A stretch of 64,000 bases of DNA, from positions 3,104,001 to 3,168,000 of the forward strand of contig OZ250169.1 of assembly GCA_965237955.1 (NCBI GenBank). Reading direction: 5' to 3'. The notes beneath the pieces were generated by a model that had not been told where the DNA came from, ran no database searches, and saw only the letters and a list, made by a program, of their open reading frames with translations. Source of the stretch: Candidatus Marinacidobacterales bacterium. Its GTDB lineage: Bacteria; Acidobacteriota; Vicinamibacteria; Marinacidobacterales; SMYC01. Of this stretch, positions 43,535 to 53,106 are shown in pieces; the stretch's first letter is position 1, and each line of letters opens with the position of its first letter. A program made the position numbers and the translations under genes.

Positions 43535-44439
43535 TTCAGGTTACGGAAGGCGAGGACCTCGGGTGCGGGCGTCCGATCCCCGTTGCAGCTTATACGTCGA
43601 GGTGCGTCGAGGAATTTCAACCTGAACTTCAGGGACTCATAGAGCGTTACTATTCGATCAGTAGCTTGGTTCGACAAGATCACTGGCCCCTTATGCTTCG
43701 AGAGCCATTCCGCCGTCTGCAATTGTTCATCCCAACCGAAGCCACCTCGCGAGTATTGGGTGAACTCAACATCGTATGGCGGATCAGCGTAAACAAAGTC
43801 ATCGTCTCGAAGCTCTAGCGCCTCGAAATGAGTGTTGGCTAATTCCCACTTCGCGAAGATTGACTTGTATTCGAGGAAATCTGTACGGTAGTTGATGCTC
43901 TTGTACTTCCCAAAGGGAACATTGAAACCGCCGCTGCTATTAAACCGACACAGCCCGTTATAGCCAGTCCGGTTCAAGTAGTAAAAGAGGGATGCGGCCT
44001 CGACCGTATCGCCTTGCCCCGCCGCAAGTAGCTTGTTGAACCGCTTCCGGTGCGTGTAATAACGTGTCTTTGCGTTGGTCATCGACAACGTGATGACGAG
44101 GCCCTGCTTCAACCAGCGGTAGAAGTTAATCAGATGTGGATTGATGTCGTTGAGAAGCGCCCGGTCCGGTAGAAGTCCCAGGGTGACGGCGAGTGCACCA
44201 CAGAACGGTTCGACGAGGCGGCGATGGCTTTCGGCGCGCCAGACGTCAATCAGGTGGCGAACCTGCCATCTCTTGCCGCCGGCCCACTTGAGAGGGGGGC
44301 GGGGGGCGAGCGCTTTGGAAACTTTAGGCGGCTGAGGCTGAAGGTTTACTGAGCGTAGCACTGATCGTGTCCTATCAAGAGGATGTCCCGCGCCCTGTTG
44401 AACTTGGTCGGTACAGCGGCTCATTGTGAACGTACTCAC
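43531..44439 (-). CDS. Dam-family DNA adenine methyltransferase (true start uncertain)
   Basis: PPLKWAGGK, EPFCG, YLNRTGYNGLCRFN, DPPY. Confidence 0.9.
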   Translation of the reverse strand: MSTFTMSRCTDQVQQGAGHPLDRTRSVLRSVNLQPQPPKVSKALAPRPPLKWAGGKRWQVRHLIDVWRAESHRRLVEPFCGALAVTLGLLPDRALLNDINPHLINFYRWLKQGLVITLSMTNAKTRYYTHRKRFNKLLAAGQGDTVEAASLFYYLNRTGYNGLCRFNSSGGFNVPFGKYKSINYRTDFLEYKSIFAKWELANTHFEALELRDDDFVYADPPYDVEFTQYSRGGFGWDEQLQTAEWLSKHKGPVILSNQATDRIVTLYESLKFRLKFLDAPRRISCNGDRTPAPEVLAFRNLK

Positions 44440-44479
44440 GCAATATTCTCAGTAACAATGGAATCTTGTTCGCTTCGAA

Positions 44480-44640
44480 CGGGTGAGGCACCGAGTTCAT
44501 CTCACGGTACCCCTTGATTCGGCGAAACTTCTCTTCGGCGGTGATGACACCGAGAGCGGTCCACCGACGAATCATCTCCGGACTCCTCCATCTCTTCACG
44601 TTGCGAGGCTCCCTTGTTTTCTTGTTGATGTACCTGCAGT
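44480..44640 (-). pseudogene. IS256-family transposase C-terminal remnant
   Basis: RNVKRWR..AEEKFRRIKGY. Confidence 0.65.
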
Positions 44641-45031
44641 TCGAAATCCTTCTACAGCGTAAGAACTGACAGCCCAGACAACATCGTCCCTTCCCCTCAT
44701 TCGCACGCACAGAGACGCCCCCTCATTGGATTATAGGGTTAACGCGGATTCGTGTGGGTAAGTTCTGACGGAAAAACAGTGTAACTCATTGTGTGGAAAA
44801 GGTATCGAGTACTTCATCAGGTGCTGAAAAGTGGTCCATTTTTAGGATAGGCTAACCGAGTGAAAAATTCCCAGTCGATCCCGTATGGTGCAAATAGTAC
44901 GTCGAGCTCGACGTCGCGTCTGGTCAATATACTCGAACGCCCAGCGGGTCAGCAGTTTGCACCTTTCCAAAGGCTGCTTGAATCCGCCATCGCGGTCGGA
45001 TACGTATTCCAGTTCAGCGGAAGGAGTCGCG

Positions 45032-45241
45032 ATGGACTGGAAGACCATGCTGGGCTACGTCTCAGGATCCGTGGATGAGAAATTGCTCCTGCGCAACGGG
45101 TATCTTGTGGCCGAGAATCGAGTTCTTCGAAATCAGATCCAGGGTCGCTTGCGCCTGACCGATGCGAAACGTCCCGGCGCGACGGTCTTGAGTCCGTTTG
45201 TGTTTTTGGACACGACGGCGTTTGTGTTTTTGGACACCACG
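45032..45241 (+). pseudogene. Integrase-core transposase N-terminus followed by two tandem inverted type 2 ends
   Basis: LLLRNGYLVAENRVLRNQ; (CGTTTGTGTTTTTGGACAC.ACGG)x2. Confidence 0.7.
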
Positions 45242-45258
45242 GGGACACTATGAGGTAC

Positions 45259-45287
45259 TTGACAGGATTTGGCCCATTTTATATGCT
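45259..45287 (+). promoter_or_regulatory. Putative sigma70 promoter of the XRE-IrrE operon
   Basis: TTGACA-17 bp-TATGCT. Confidence 0.6.
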
Positions 45288-45320
45288 AATCAGCGGATTA
45301 TCATAGGCGGAGGCCACGAT

Positions 45321-45644
45321 TTGAAAACGTTCGGTCAGATCATCGCCGAGGCCCGCAAAACGCTCGGTATCAGCCAGAAGGACCTAGCCGGCAAGACGCT
45401 CAAGCAAGACGGGACGCCGATCTCGCCCCAATATCTCAACGATATCGAGCATGGCCGGCGCGACCCGCCCGCGGAGTTCATCATCGATCAGCTGGCCAGG
45501 ACCCTGAAGCTCTCCAAGGAGTACCTCACGGCCGCCGCGGGCCAGTGGCCGCCAGATCTGCGCGACAAGCTCGCCGGGTCCGATCCCAAGAAGGTCGAAG
45601 AGGCGTTTACGGCCTTCCGCAAGGTGCTCAAGGACAAGTCCTGA
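45321..45644 (+). CDS. XRE-family HTH regulator
   Basis: GGAGG RBS + TTG; TFGQII..ISQKDLA..ISPQYLNDIEHGRRDPP. Confidence 0.85.
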   Translation: MKTFGQIIAEARKTLGISQKDLAGKTLKQDGTPISPQYLNDIEHGRRDPPAEFIIDQLARTLKLSKEYLTAAAGQWPPDLRDKLAGSDPKKVEEAFTAFRKVLKDKS

Positions 45645-45663
45645 TACGAAAGGGCTGATCAGC

Positions 45664-46365
45664 ATGAGGTGGACCTGCGACACGTCCGGCCGGTTCCGGC
45701 AGCGCCCGTATTACACAGATTCGGAACTTGAGCAGATCTGCGAGGACGCGATTTGCGGGTTTCTTCGAGAGCGCCACGGCAAGGCCGTTTTCCCGGTCAG
45801 CACCGCCGACCTGACCGTCCTGATCGAGCAACACGTCGACGATCTCGACAGCTATAGCGACCTTGAGGACGGCATCGATGGCCTCACGCACTTCTTCCCG
45901 AAGAAGAAGCCGAAGGTCAAGATCGCCTCCCGGCTCCAGGAAGCGTATCTCGAGAACCGCTTGCGCACGACACTGACACACGAACACGGGCACGTCCTTC
46001 TCCACGGCTTCCTGTTCGCCATGGAAGAAGAACTGAAGAAGCTGTTCGATGGAGAGCCAAAGGAGACGCGCAACACCTGCCACCGAGACCACATTCACGG
46101 AGGCGCCACCGACTGGATGGAGTGGCAGGCCGGCTTCGCCTGCGGCGCCCTGCTTATGCCTCAGACCGAACTCTCACGCGCCGTCAAGGCGTTCCGGGAC
46201 GCCGAACAGATACCCTACGCCGATATCGGTGTGAAGACGGAATCCGGCAAGCGACTCATTTCAAAGGTGATGGACGTGTTTCAGGTGTCCGAGGACGCCG
46301 CGCGCGTGCGCCTCGAGCAGCGCAAGGCCATCGTCCGGAACCCGGTGGCCGGGCTCGTCGGCTGA
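45664..46365 (+). CDS. ImmA/IrrE-family zinc metallopeptidase
   Basis: RTTLTHEHGHVLLH, EWQA..ALLMP, FQVSEDAARVRL. Confidence 0.88.
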   Translation: MRWTCDTSGRFRQRPYYTDSELEQICEDAICGFLRERHGKAVFPVSTADLTVLIEQHVDDLDSYSDLEDGIDGLTHFFPKKKPKVKIASRLQEAYLENRLRTTLTHEHGHVLLHGFLFAMEEELKKLFDGEPKETRNTCHRDHIHGGATDWMEWQAGFACGALLMPQTELSRAVKAFRDAEQIPYADIGVKTESGKRLISKVMDVFQVSEDAARVRLEQRKAIVRNPVAGLVG

Positions 46366-46511
46366 ATTTTTTTGCGTATGGTATACTCTGAACCGCGGAT
46401 TCGCGGATATGCGTGGTATAATTAACCGTATGGAGGTTTTGCGATTCGTGAGCCTTAACCAGACGCAAGGAGGATTCGCCCAAATCCTTTCACAATCGGA
46501 GGAGCAAACCC

Positions 46512-46760
46512 ATGAATGGTGACACGCAGATTTACGTGAGCGGTCGAGAGTACAAAGTCCCAGGCGATGTCGTGAGTTATGAGCAGATCGTGAAGATCTG
46601 GAACGAGCTGCACGAGGCGGAGAACAAGCACATCATCGGCACGCCCGGCATCGACTACGACGACAGCTTGAAAGGTGAGGACGGTATTCTCCTTCCGGGC
46701 AAGGACGTTGAGGTCAAGGACGGCACGAGCTTCTCGGTCGACCCCGAACATGTCTCGTAA
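46512..46760 (+). CDS. Ubiquitin-like multi-ubiquitin-domain protein
   Basis: IYVSGREYKV..VSYEQIV..GILLPGKDVEVKDGTSFSV beta-grasp pattern; GGAGGAG RBS. Confidence 0.7.
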   Translation: MNGDTQIYVSGREYKVPGDVVSYEQIVKIWNELHEAENKHIIGTPGIDYDDSLKGEDGILLPGKDVEVKDGTSFSVDPEHVS

Positions 46761-46890
46761 GGACCGCCTCTCCGCGTTCGGTGAGCAGGCCGGGTTTACC
46801 GTCAGGGTTGAATCCGACGTTCTCCGGGCCATCCGGGTTCCTTGTCTCCTTGCAGGTGGGGTTGTTGGCACTTGTACCATTGAGAAGTTT
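46750..46890 (+). pseudogene. Truncated ORF coupled to the Ubl, resembling the N-terminus of DUF6791/ThiF (E2-E1) proteins
   Basis: MSRKDRLSAFGEQAGFTVRVESDVLRAIRVPCL..GTCTI; cut by an IS200 remnant. Confidence 0.45.
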
Positions 46891-47065
46891 AAAGACAACA
46901 TGGTATTTGCAGTCGTACCGCGTGTGCGATAGGCTTTCGTAGTTTTTCATTGAGTCCTCCTTGTTTGGAAGTTGGCGCTTTCTAAGGAGGACTTTGTTAT
47001 TACTGCCTCACACGGTCAAACCTCTGTGAGTCACCCCCGGCAGAGCCGGGGTTTACCTGTGATAA
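46891..47065 (-). mobile_element. IS200 left-end remnant
   Basis: MKNYESLSHTRYDCKYHVVF plus hairpin CCCCCGGCAGAGCCGGGG. Confidence 0.8.
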
Positions 47066-47235
47066 TTACAGCCAAAAATAGCGCTCGCGACCTTCGCCGC
47101 ACGCTAAATGGAGTGTAAGCGCTTTTTTTGCAAAGGGATACGTACACATCACCAACAGCAAACAGCGCAAGCACCCTGAAACTTGACAATACCCCGGTTC
47201 CAAACGAAACAGGCCGTCGGCTTTTCTAGCGACAA

Positions 47236-50142
47236 ATGGAGCGACAAATGTTGACACTTTGCAATCACAGACCGGCTTTCCTTTTGCTGGTGCTGGTTTT
47301 CGCTGCCGTCGTGTACGCGCCCGGCGTTGCCAACGCCCAGGACGCGACGATCTCCGGGACGGTTACCGACGCCACGGGCAGCATTCTCCCCGGCGTCACC
47401 GTGGAAGCGCGGGACGCGGCGGGCAGCGGGCGGGTGACCGTCACCGACGGGACTGGCCAGTTCACGTTCAGCGGTCTCGCCCCGGGGACATACGGCGTGA
47501 CGTTCACTCTCTCCGGCTTCACCGCGCCCGCGCAGGTGGTGGAGGTGAGCGCCGGCGCCACGGCCTCCATCAACGTGGAGATGGCGGTCGGAGGATTTGA
47601 AGAACTGGTGGTCGTTGTCGGGACCCGTGCCCAGCCGCGGTCGGTGACCGACTCGGCCGTGCCGATCGACGTCATCCGAAGCGAGGATTTCGCCAGCCAG
47701 GGCAGTACGGACCTGGGCGAGCAGTTGCGGACCGTCATCCCCTCGTTCAACATCAGCATTCAACCGATCAGCGACGCGGCGACCATCGTCCGGCCAGCGT
47801 CCCTGCGCAATTTGGCGCCGGATCACACGCTGATCCTAGTCAACGGCAAGCGCCGCCACCGCGCGGCGGTCATCACCTGGCTTGGCAACGGCATCGCGGA
47901 TGGTTCGCAGGGACCGGATCTCTCCGTCATCCCCTCGATTGCGATTCGGCAGGCCGAGGTGCTGCGCGACGGCGCAGCGGCGCAATACGGCTCGGATGCC
48001 ATTGCCGGCGTCATGAACTTCCAGCTCAAGGATGCCCGTTCGGGCGGCAGCCTGGAGTTCCGCACAGGCGCCTACCTCGATGCGAACCCGGGTAGCCTGT
48101 CCACCTGCGGGGAGGGCATCATCGGCGACATCAAGCATTCCTGCAACGGGATCGGCGGCCGGGGGCAGGCGGTCACGGTCGCCGCGAATGCCGGACTGCC
48201 GCTCGGCAGGACCGGGTTCGTGAACCTCAGCCTGGAGTACGGCAACGCCGGGCCGACCAACCGCAGCATTCAGCGCACGGATGCGCAGAACATCATCGAG
48301 GCCGGCAATACGAACCTGCGCAACCCGGCCCAGGTCTGGGGATCACCGAAACTCGAGGACGACCTGAAGCTGTTCGTCAACTTCGGTCATCTGTTCGCGA
48401 ACCAATGGCAATTTTACGGCCACACCAACTACGCGAGCCGCACGGTGACTGGCGGCTTCTACTTCCGGAACCCGCATACCCGCGGCGGGGTCTTCCGCGG
48501 CCCCGTGGTCGACGGCCTCCCGACCCTGCTCGTCGGCGACCGGGTCTGGGCCGAGACCGGCGTCAAGGGCGCCGGCGGCTGCCCCGCGGTCCCGATCATC
48601 GGCAACGTCCCCGATGCGGCCGCCCTCCAGCAGGTCGAGGCCGACCCGAACTGCTTCACGCTCCACAGCCGGTTCCCCGGCGGGTTCACGCCGCAGTTCG
48701 GCGGCGACCTCATCGACCATTCGGTAGTCGCCGGCCTGCGCCGGCTCTCAAGCACCGGCCTCAACTGGGACACGAGCATCAACATCGGCACCAGCCAAGT
48801 CGATCAGTTCATCTTTGATACGGTCAACGCGTCGCTCGGCTACGACACGCCGACGTCGTTCAAGCCCGGCAGCTACCGGCAGCACGACGTCAACATCAAC
48901 TTCGACGTCTCGTACCCGGTCAGCGACATGGTGAACGTCGCGGGCGGCACGGAGTGGCGTGACGAGCAGTTCACGATCGGCGCGGGCGGGCAGCCGTCGT
49001 GGGAGATCGGCCCGTATGCCGCCCAGGGCTTTAGCTCCGGGTCGAACGGCTTCAACGGTTACCGAGCTGACACGACGGCGGGCAGCTGGAACCGCAGCAA
49101 CGTGGCGGTCTACGGGGACGTCGAGTTTAACGACCCGGGCGGCCAGTGGACGGTCGGCACGGCCGTCCGGTTCGAGAACTTCGAGGACTTCGGCACAACG
49201 ACGAACGGCAAGCTCGCGGCGCGCGTCGGACTGACCGACGCGTTCTCGCTGCGTGGCGCCGTGAGCAGCGGGTTCCGGGCACCGACCCCAGGGCAGCAGC
49301 ACGCGTTCAACGTGACGACTGCGTTCATCGGCGGGCAGTTGACCAACAACGGCGTCGTCCCGGCTACCTCCGCGGTGGCCGTCGCGCGGGGCGGCGGGCA
49401 GCTCCAGCCTGAAAAATCACTCAACGTCAGCGCGGGCGTGGTCTTCGAGCAAGGCCCATTCACTTTCACCGCCGACTACTTCCGGATCAATATTGACGAT
49501 CGTGTCGCCCTGTCGCAGGAAATCGCACTGTCGGAGCCCGAGATCCTGACGCTGCTTGAGGAAGGGATTCCCGAGGCGCGGAATTTCCCCGTGTTCCGGT
49601 TCTTCCTGAACGACTTCTCGACGACAACCCAGGGTCTCGACTTGATTGCGAGCCTGGCGGTCGGGCGCACGACGGTCAGCGCGGTCTTCAACTACACGGA
49701 CACAGCAGTCAAGAATATCGAGAGCGCCGTGATCGATGAATTCCGCATCAACACGCTGGAACGGGGATTGCCGAATACCCGATGGAACGTCAGCACCATC
49801 CACCGCGCCGACCGGTGGAGCCTGATGGGCCGGCTGAACTACTTCGGCCAGTTCTGGGACAGCGAAGATGGACGGAATGCCGTCGATGTCGCTGGCGGAC
49901 CGGCGGAGCCCTGGCTGTACCCGGCCTATTCAGGCAAGGCGTTGCTCGACCTCGAACTCGGCATTCCGTTCGGCGATGCCGTCACCCTGGTGGTCGGCGG
50001 TGAAAACGTGCTGGGCACGTACCCCGACGTGAACAGGTTCGGCACTGACACGGTCGGCAATCAATACGGCCAGTTCTCACCGTTTGGCTTCAATGGCACC
50101 TACTACTACACGCGCCTCAACTACCGGTGGGGAGGCATGTAG
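47236..50142 (+). CDS. TonB-dependent receptor
   Basis: Carboxypeptidase-regulatory-like N-domain, VVVGTR, LVNGKR, EVLRDGAAAQYGSDAIAGV plug; barrel C-terminus. Confidence 0.93.
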   Translation: MERQMLTLCNHRPAFLLLVLVFAAVVYAPGVANAQDATISGTVTDATGSILPGVTVEARDAAGSGRVTVTDGTGQFTFSGLAPGTYGVTFTLSGFTAPAQVVEVSAGATASINVEMAVGGFEELVVVVGTRAQPRSVTDSAVPIDVIRSEDFASQGSTDLGEQLRTVIPSFNISIQPISDAATIVRPASLRNLAPDHTLILVNGKRRHRAAVITWLGNGIADGSQGPDLSVIPSIAIRQAEVLRDGAAAQYGSDAIAGVMNFQLKDARSGGSLEFRTGAYLDANPGSLSTCGEGIIGDIKHSCNGIGGRGQAVTVAANAGLPLGRTGFVNLSLEYGNAGPTNRSIQRTDAQNIIEAGNTNLRNPAQVWGSPKLEDDLKLFVNFGHLFANQWQFYGHTNYASRTVTGGFYFRNPHTRGGVFRGPVVDGLPTLLVGDRVWAETGVKGAGGCPAVPIIGNVPDAAALQQVEADPNCFTLHSRFPGGFTPQFGGDLIDHSVVAGLRRLSSTGLNWDTSINIGTSQVDQFIFDTVNASLGYDTPTSFKPGSYRQHDVNINFDVSYPVSDMVNVAGGTEWRDEQFTIGAGGQPSWEIGPYAAQGFSSGSNGFNGYRADTTAGSWNRSNVAVYGDVEFNDPGGQWTVGTAVRFENFEDFGTTTNGKLAARVGLTDAFSLRGAVSSGFRAPTPGQQHAFNVTTAFIGGQLTNNGVVPATSAVAVARGGGQLQPEKSLNVSAGVVFEQGPFTFTADYFRINIDDRVALSQEIALSEPEILTLLEEGIPEARNFPVFRFFLNDFSTTTQGLDLIASLAVGRTTVSAVFNYTDTAVKNIESAVIDEFRINTLERGLPNTRWNVSTIHRADRWSLMGRLNYFGQFWDSEDGRNAVDVAGGPAEPWLYPAYSGKALLDLELGIPFGDAVTLVVGGENVLGTYPDVNRFGTDTVGNQYGQFSPFGFNGTYYYTRLNYRWGGM

Positions 50143-50791
50143 GGGGGAGGGCTCCCGGTAGGGTCGAGGGCTGGCGCGGTGCTCCGTAGGCGCGGCCTAT
50201 CTGTTTCTCCCCGTCCTGTGCCAAAACTCGACCCTTTCGAAATAGACCATAAATCACCGGCTTAGTGTCTGTGTTTGCGACCGGGCCAATAAAAGGCCCA
50301 CCGATGAGGCTCCCTCACTATTATAGTCGGCACCCTGGGCATCAGCGGGGGAACTGTCCGGCCCAGCAGGCTTCTGGTCAGGCTCCATCGCGGTAGGGTC
50401 GAGGGCTGGCACGGTGCTCCGTAGGCGCGGCCTATCTGTTTTCCCCGTTTCCTGTGGGAGTGCCCGTAAGGTCAAAATACTCATGCGGCTTCCCTATGGT
50501 AGAAACGTAGCAACCCGCCAAGCCGTTCACGGGAGCGCACCATAGACACTAAGCTGCTGATTTATGGTCTATTTCAAAAGGGCCGAGTTTTGGCACAGGA
50601 CGGGGTGGCGGATGGTGCAGGTTGGAGCTATCCGGTCTCGGCAAAAGGTGGTCCAGCTTTTGGCGGAAATCCTCAAACAGAAAAGTCAGTGGAGATTCAG
50701 GAGGTTTCGAGCTTCGCGCATTTCTAGAATTTATGGATGCGTACGCACAGGTTTTGCGAGAAGGCTGTTTTACGCGCTCTCGGGTTTCAAC

Positions 50792-51880
50792 CTGCCTTGG
50801 TGCACAACTCCGATAGAGGCCGAGAGCTCGCTTGGCCCCGACTCCCATCATCCGATCATCTCGCTATCAGGCATCCCGAGCGCCGTCATGGTGTTGAGAA
50901 TCTTGCACCCGATCCTTGCCTCGACTCTCTGTGCCGCCAACCCTCTCGCTCGCATTGCTGAGCCCACGATAGCCTTGTAGCGATGGAACGTTGTCTCGAC
51001 TTTGCTCCGTTTGCTGTAGCCCGATTCTGTGTGCCACTTTCGTTTGCCGAGCCGAGCTTGTGCTGCAATGTTGCGATTGCGCTGTCGGCTGCTCGCCGGC
51101 CCCGATGCGAGCTGGGCGCCCTTGCGCGGCGGTATCAGCACCCTCGGCGAGCGATGAGCGCTGTGATTCTCGATCGCCTCATAGACGCCGCTGGCGTCGT
51201 ATGCGGTGTCAGCTCTGGCCGATGAGATGGGACTGTCGATCTGTCCGACAAGCGATGCAACCCGCGATGAATCGCGGGCTCTTTTGCTCGTCAGCTCGCC
51301 GGCAACGACTTCGCCAGTCTGCTCGTCGACACACAGATGGAGCTTGCGATAGTCCCTGCTCTTTGGTGCTCTGCGCAGCTGGCCGGCGTGGACAGCGAGA
51401 CCGCTGCTGTCGATCAAGATGTGCAACGGCGTCTTCTGCTTGTCTTGGTAGAAGGGGACCTTACCCAGCTTCGCCTTGCGCCTCGAAATCGTGGTGTGAT
51501 CGGGCACATCATTGTCTAGCTTCATCAGAGCGAACAACGATCGTAGCAATCCCTCGCTCTGCCTAGATGACAGATGAAACACCATGCCCAGGGTGACAGC
51601 CGTCTCGATGGCGTGGTTCGAGTACTTGCGTTGACGGCCCGGTTTCCTCCTCCTTGGCCGGGGCGCGTCCCAGTTCACAAGCTTGCCGGCGGTGAGCGAG
51701 ATCCAGACGGTCAGGCTCCCACGGTTGCGTAGACCCGCCTCATATTCACGCCAATTCCTCACGCGATAGGCCTTCTTCACATACTTCCGCTGAGTGCGTT
51801 TGAAAATGCTCATGGGGAACCTCGAATCCGTGAGTACAGGACAATTGTGGACCGAGATCGCGAGTTGTGCACCAAGGCAG
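50792..51880 (-). mobile_element. IS5-family (IS903 group) element; transposase 50848-51813
   Basis: IRs CTGCCTTGGTGCACAACTC / GAGTTGTGCACCAAGGCAG; IDSSG, ADTAYD, RSKVET. Confidence 0.92.
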
Positions 51881-52493
51881 TTGCGACGCGGGAAATTTCC
51901 GCCTCGCGGCGGCTCGTTCATGTCGAACTCGGAGATTACGGCGCCGTTTCGAGAAATTTGCTCCGCGAGTTTCCGGTGCTCGCGTGGATAGATGTTTCTG
52001 AGCCCGGAGCCGAGGACGGCGATGGTGCGGCCACGGGCGTCGAGGGCGCCGCGATGCGAGGCCGCGTCGATACCGCGTGCGAGGCCGCTCACGATCGTCA
52101 GTCCAGCCGCCGAGAGTGCGGCCGCGAGGCGGCGGCTCATTTCGAGGCCGTAACGGGTCGCGCGTCTCGAGCCGACGATCGCGAGACCGAGTGCGTCGTC
52201 AGGCTCGAGTCGGCCCAAAACCGAGATCACCGGAGGCGGGTCGGGGGCGGCTCGGAGAAGGCGAGGGTAGAGAGGGTCCGTCATGCACAGAGCTTCGAGA
52301 CCCGCTGTTCGAATCTCCTCGAGGACCCGTTTCCGGCGGCGGACGCCGAATGGGGGATCCGGCTGAGCGCCGCGCGGAAGCTCCCGTGCTCGCGCACGAG
52401 TTCGAGTCGCACCCGCCGCGGCGGGGTGGTTAGCATGGCCACGGTAAAAGCCGCGAGCAGCTCCGGGTGGGGTGTTGAGCCTTTCACAGACAT
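51881..52493 (-). pseudogene. dprA: DNA-processing protein DprA, frameshifted and cut by IS5
   Basis: YPRLL..DPPP, AIVGSR, IVSGLARGID, FPRRN followed by the IS end. Confidence 0.85.
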
Positions 52494-52737
52494 GGGGACC
52501 TCCTTTGAGGAGAATGCAGACGCGCTTCGCTAACGGAGCGCTTGTTCACTGAAGATGACGAGAAACGGCCCGGCAGACCTCCCTCGACACCAGGTTGAAA
52601 ATCGCTCGAGCCCGTCAACCGTGTCAGGGACGCGAAGGTGCTTCTTGCGCGGCCTAGGGGGGTGGGCTACCATGGCCAAGCCGCCGCCACCACGAGAGTG
52701 ATGGAACCTCGTTATTTGCTGAAATACAGAGGTAGAT

Positions 52738-53106
52738 TTGTCCTTACGTGCCCATCTCGCCGTCCTGTTTCTGCTTGCCATCCCCTGTGGAGTTTCGGCC
52801 GACGACCGCGAAAAGGAGTCTCGCGAGCAGGTAGCGTTCGGTATCGAAGTGGCCCGGATGGGTCTGTGGCGAGAAGCCATTTACCGTTGGGAAAAAGCGG
52901 TGGAGCTCGATCCGGCGAACGCCAGCGCGCGGAACAACCTGGCCGTTGCGTACGAGCAGTCCGGGGAGTTCGACCTTGCGAACGAGGAGTACGAAAGGGC
53001 ACTCGAGCTCGATTCCGACAACTTGTATATTCGTCAGAATTATGAGCTCTTCAGAGAAGCCTATGAGAGAAAAAAGCGTACTGACAGGCGGGCGCGCCGG
53101 AACTGA
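52738..53106 (+). CDS. Exported TPR protein
   Basis: Signal-like start; WEKAVELDP..NNLAVAYE. Confidence 0.8.
   Translation: MSLRAHLAVLFLLAIPCGVSADDREKESREQVAFGIEVARMGLWREAIYRWEKAVELDPANASARNNLAVAYEQSGEFDLANEEYERALELDSDNLYIRQNYELFREAYERKKRTDRRARRN

Larger units (their letters stand above)
5011..50602. repeat. Dispersed transposon end 'type 1', 16 full or partial copies. + copies end at 5069, 12682, 13750, 15687, 17871, 18404, 24300, 24620, 27757, 27983, 33988, 36643, 42853, 50602; inverted copies start at 36065 and 50212
   Basis: Consensus CTAAGCTGCTGATTT(A/G)TGGTCTATTTCAAAAGGGCCGAGTTTTGGCACAGGACG. At 27757-27983 it lies upstream of a minus-strand transposase N-terminus (MMTYHAQFLLLVLAGWVNRQQQDVIDYQQEENRVL), so it is a left end of an integrase-core (rve) IS. 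Confidence 0.9.

Noticed and set aside
33989-46890. The two Ubl loci as halves of one split operon
   Set aside because: The 46512 Ubl has its own stop and a different downstream ORF, and the two Ubls differ in sequence and C-terminus.
5011-50602. Type 1 repeats as a CRISPR array or integron attC sites
   Set aside because: Spacing is 0.2-8 kb and irregular, there are no cas or intI genes, no attC-like palindrome, and the repeat sits upstream of a transposase start.
50848-52284. 478-aa DprA-transposase as an evolved fusion protein
   Set aside because: The junction coincides with the IS terminal repeat; it is chance read-through.
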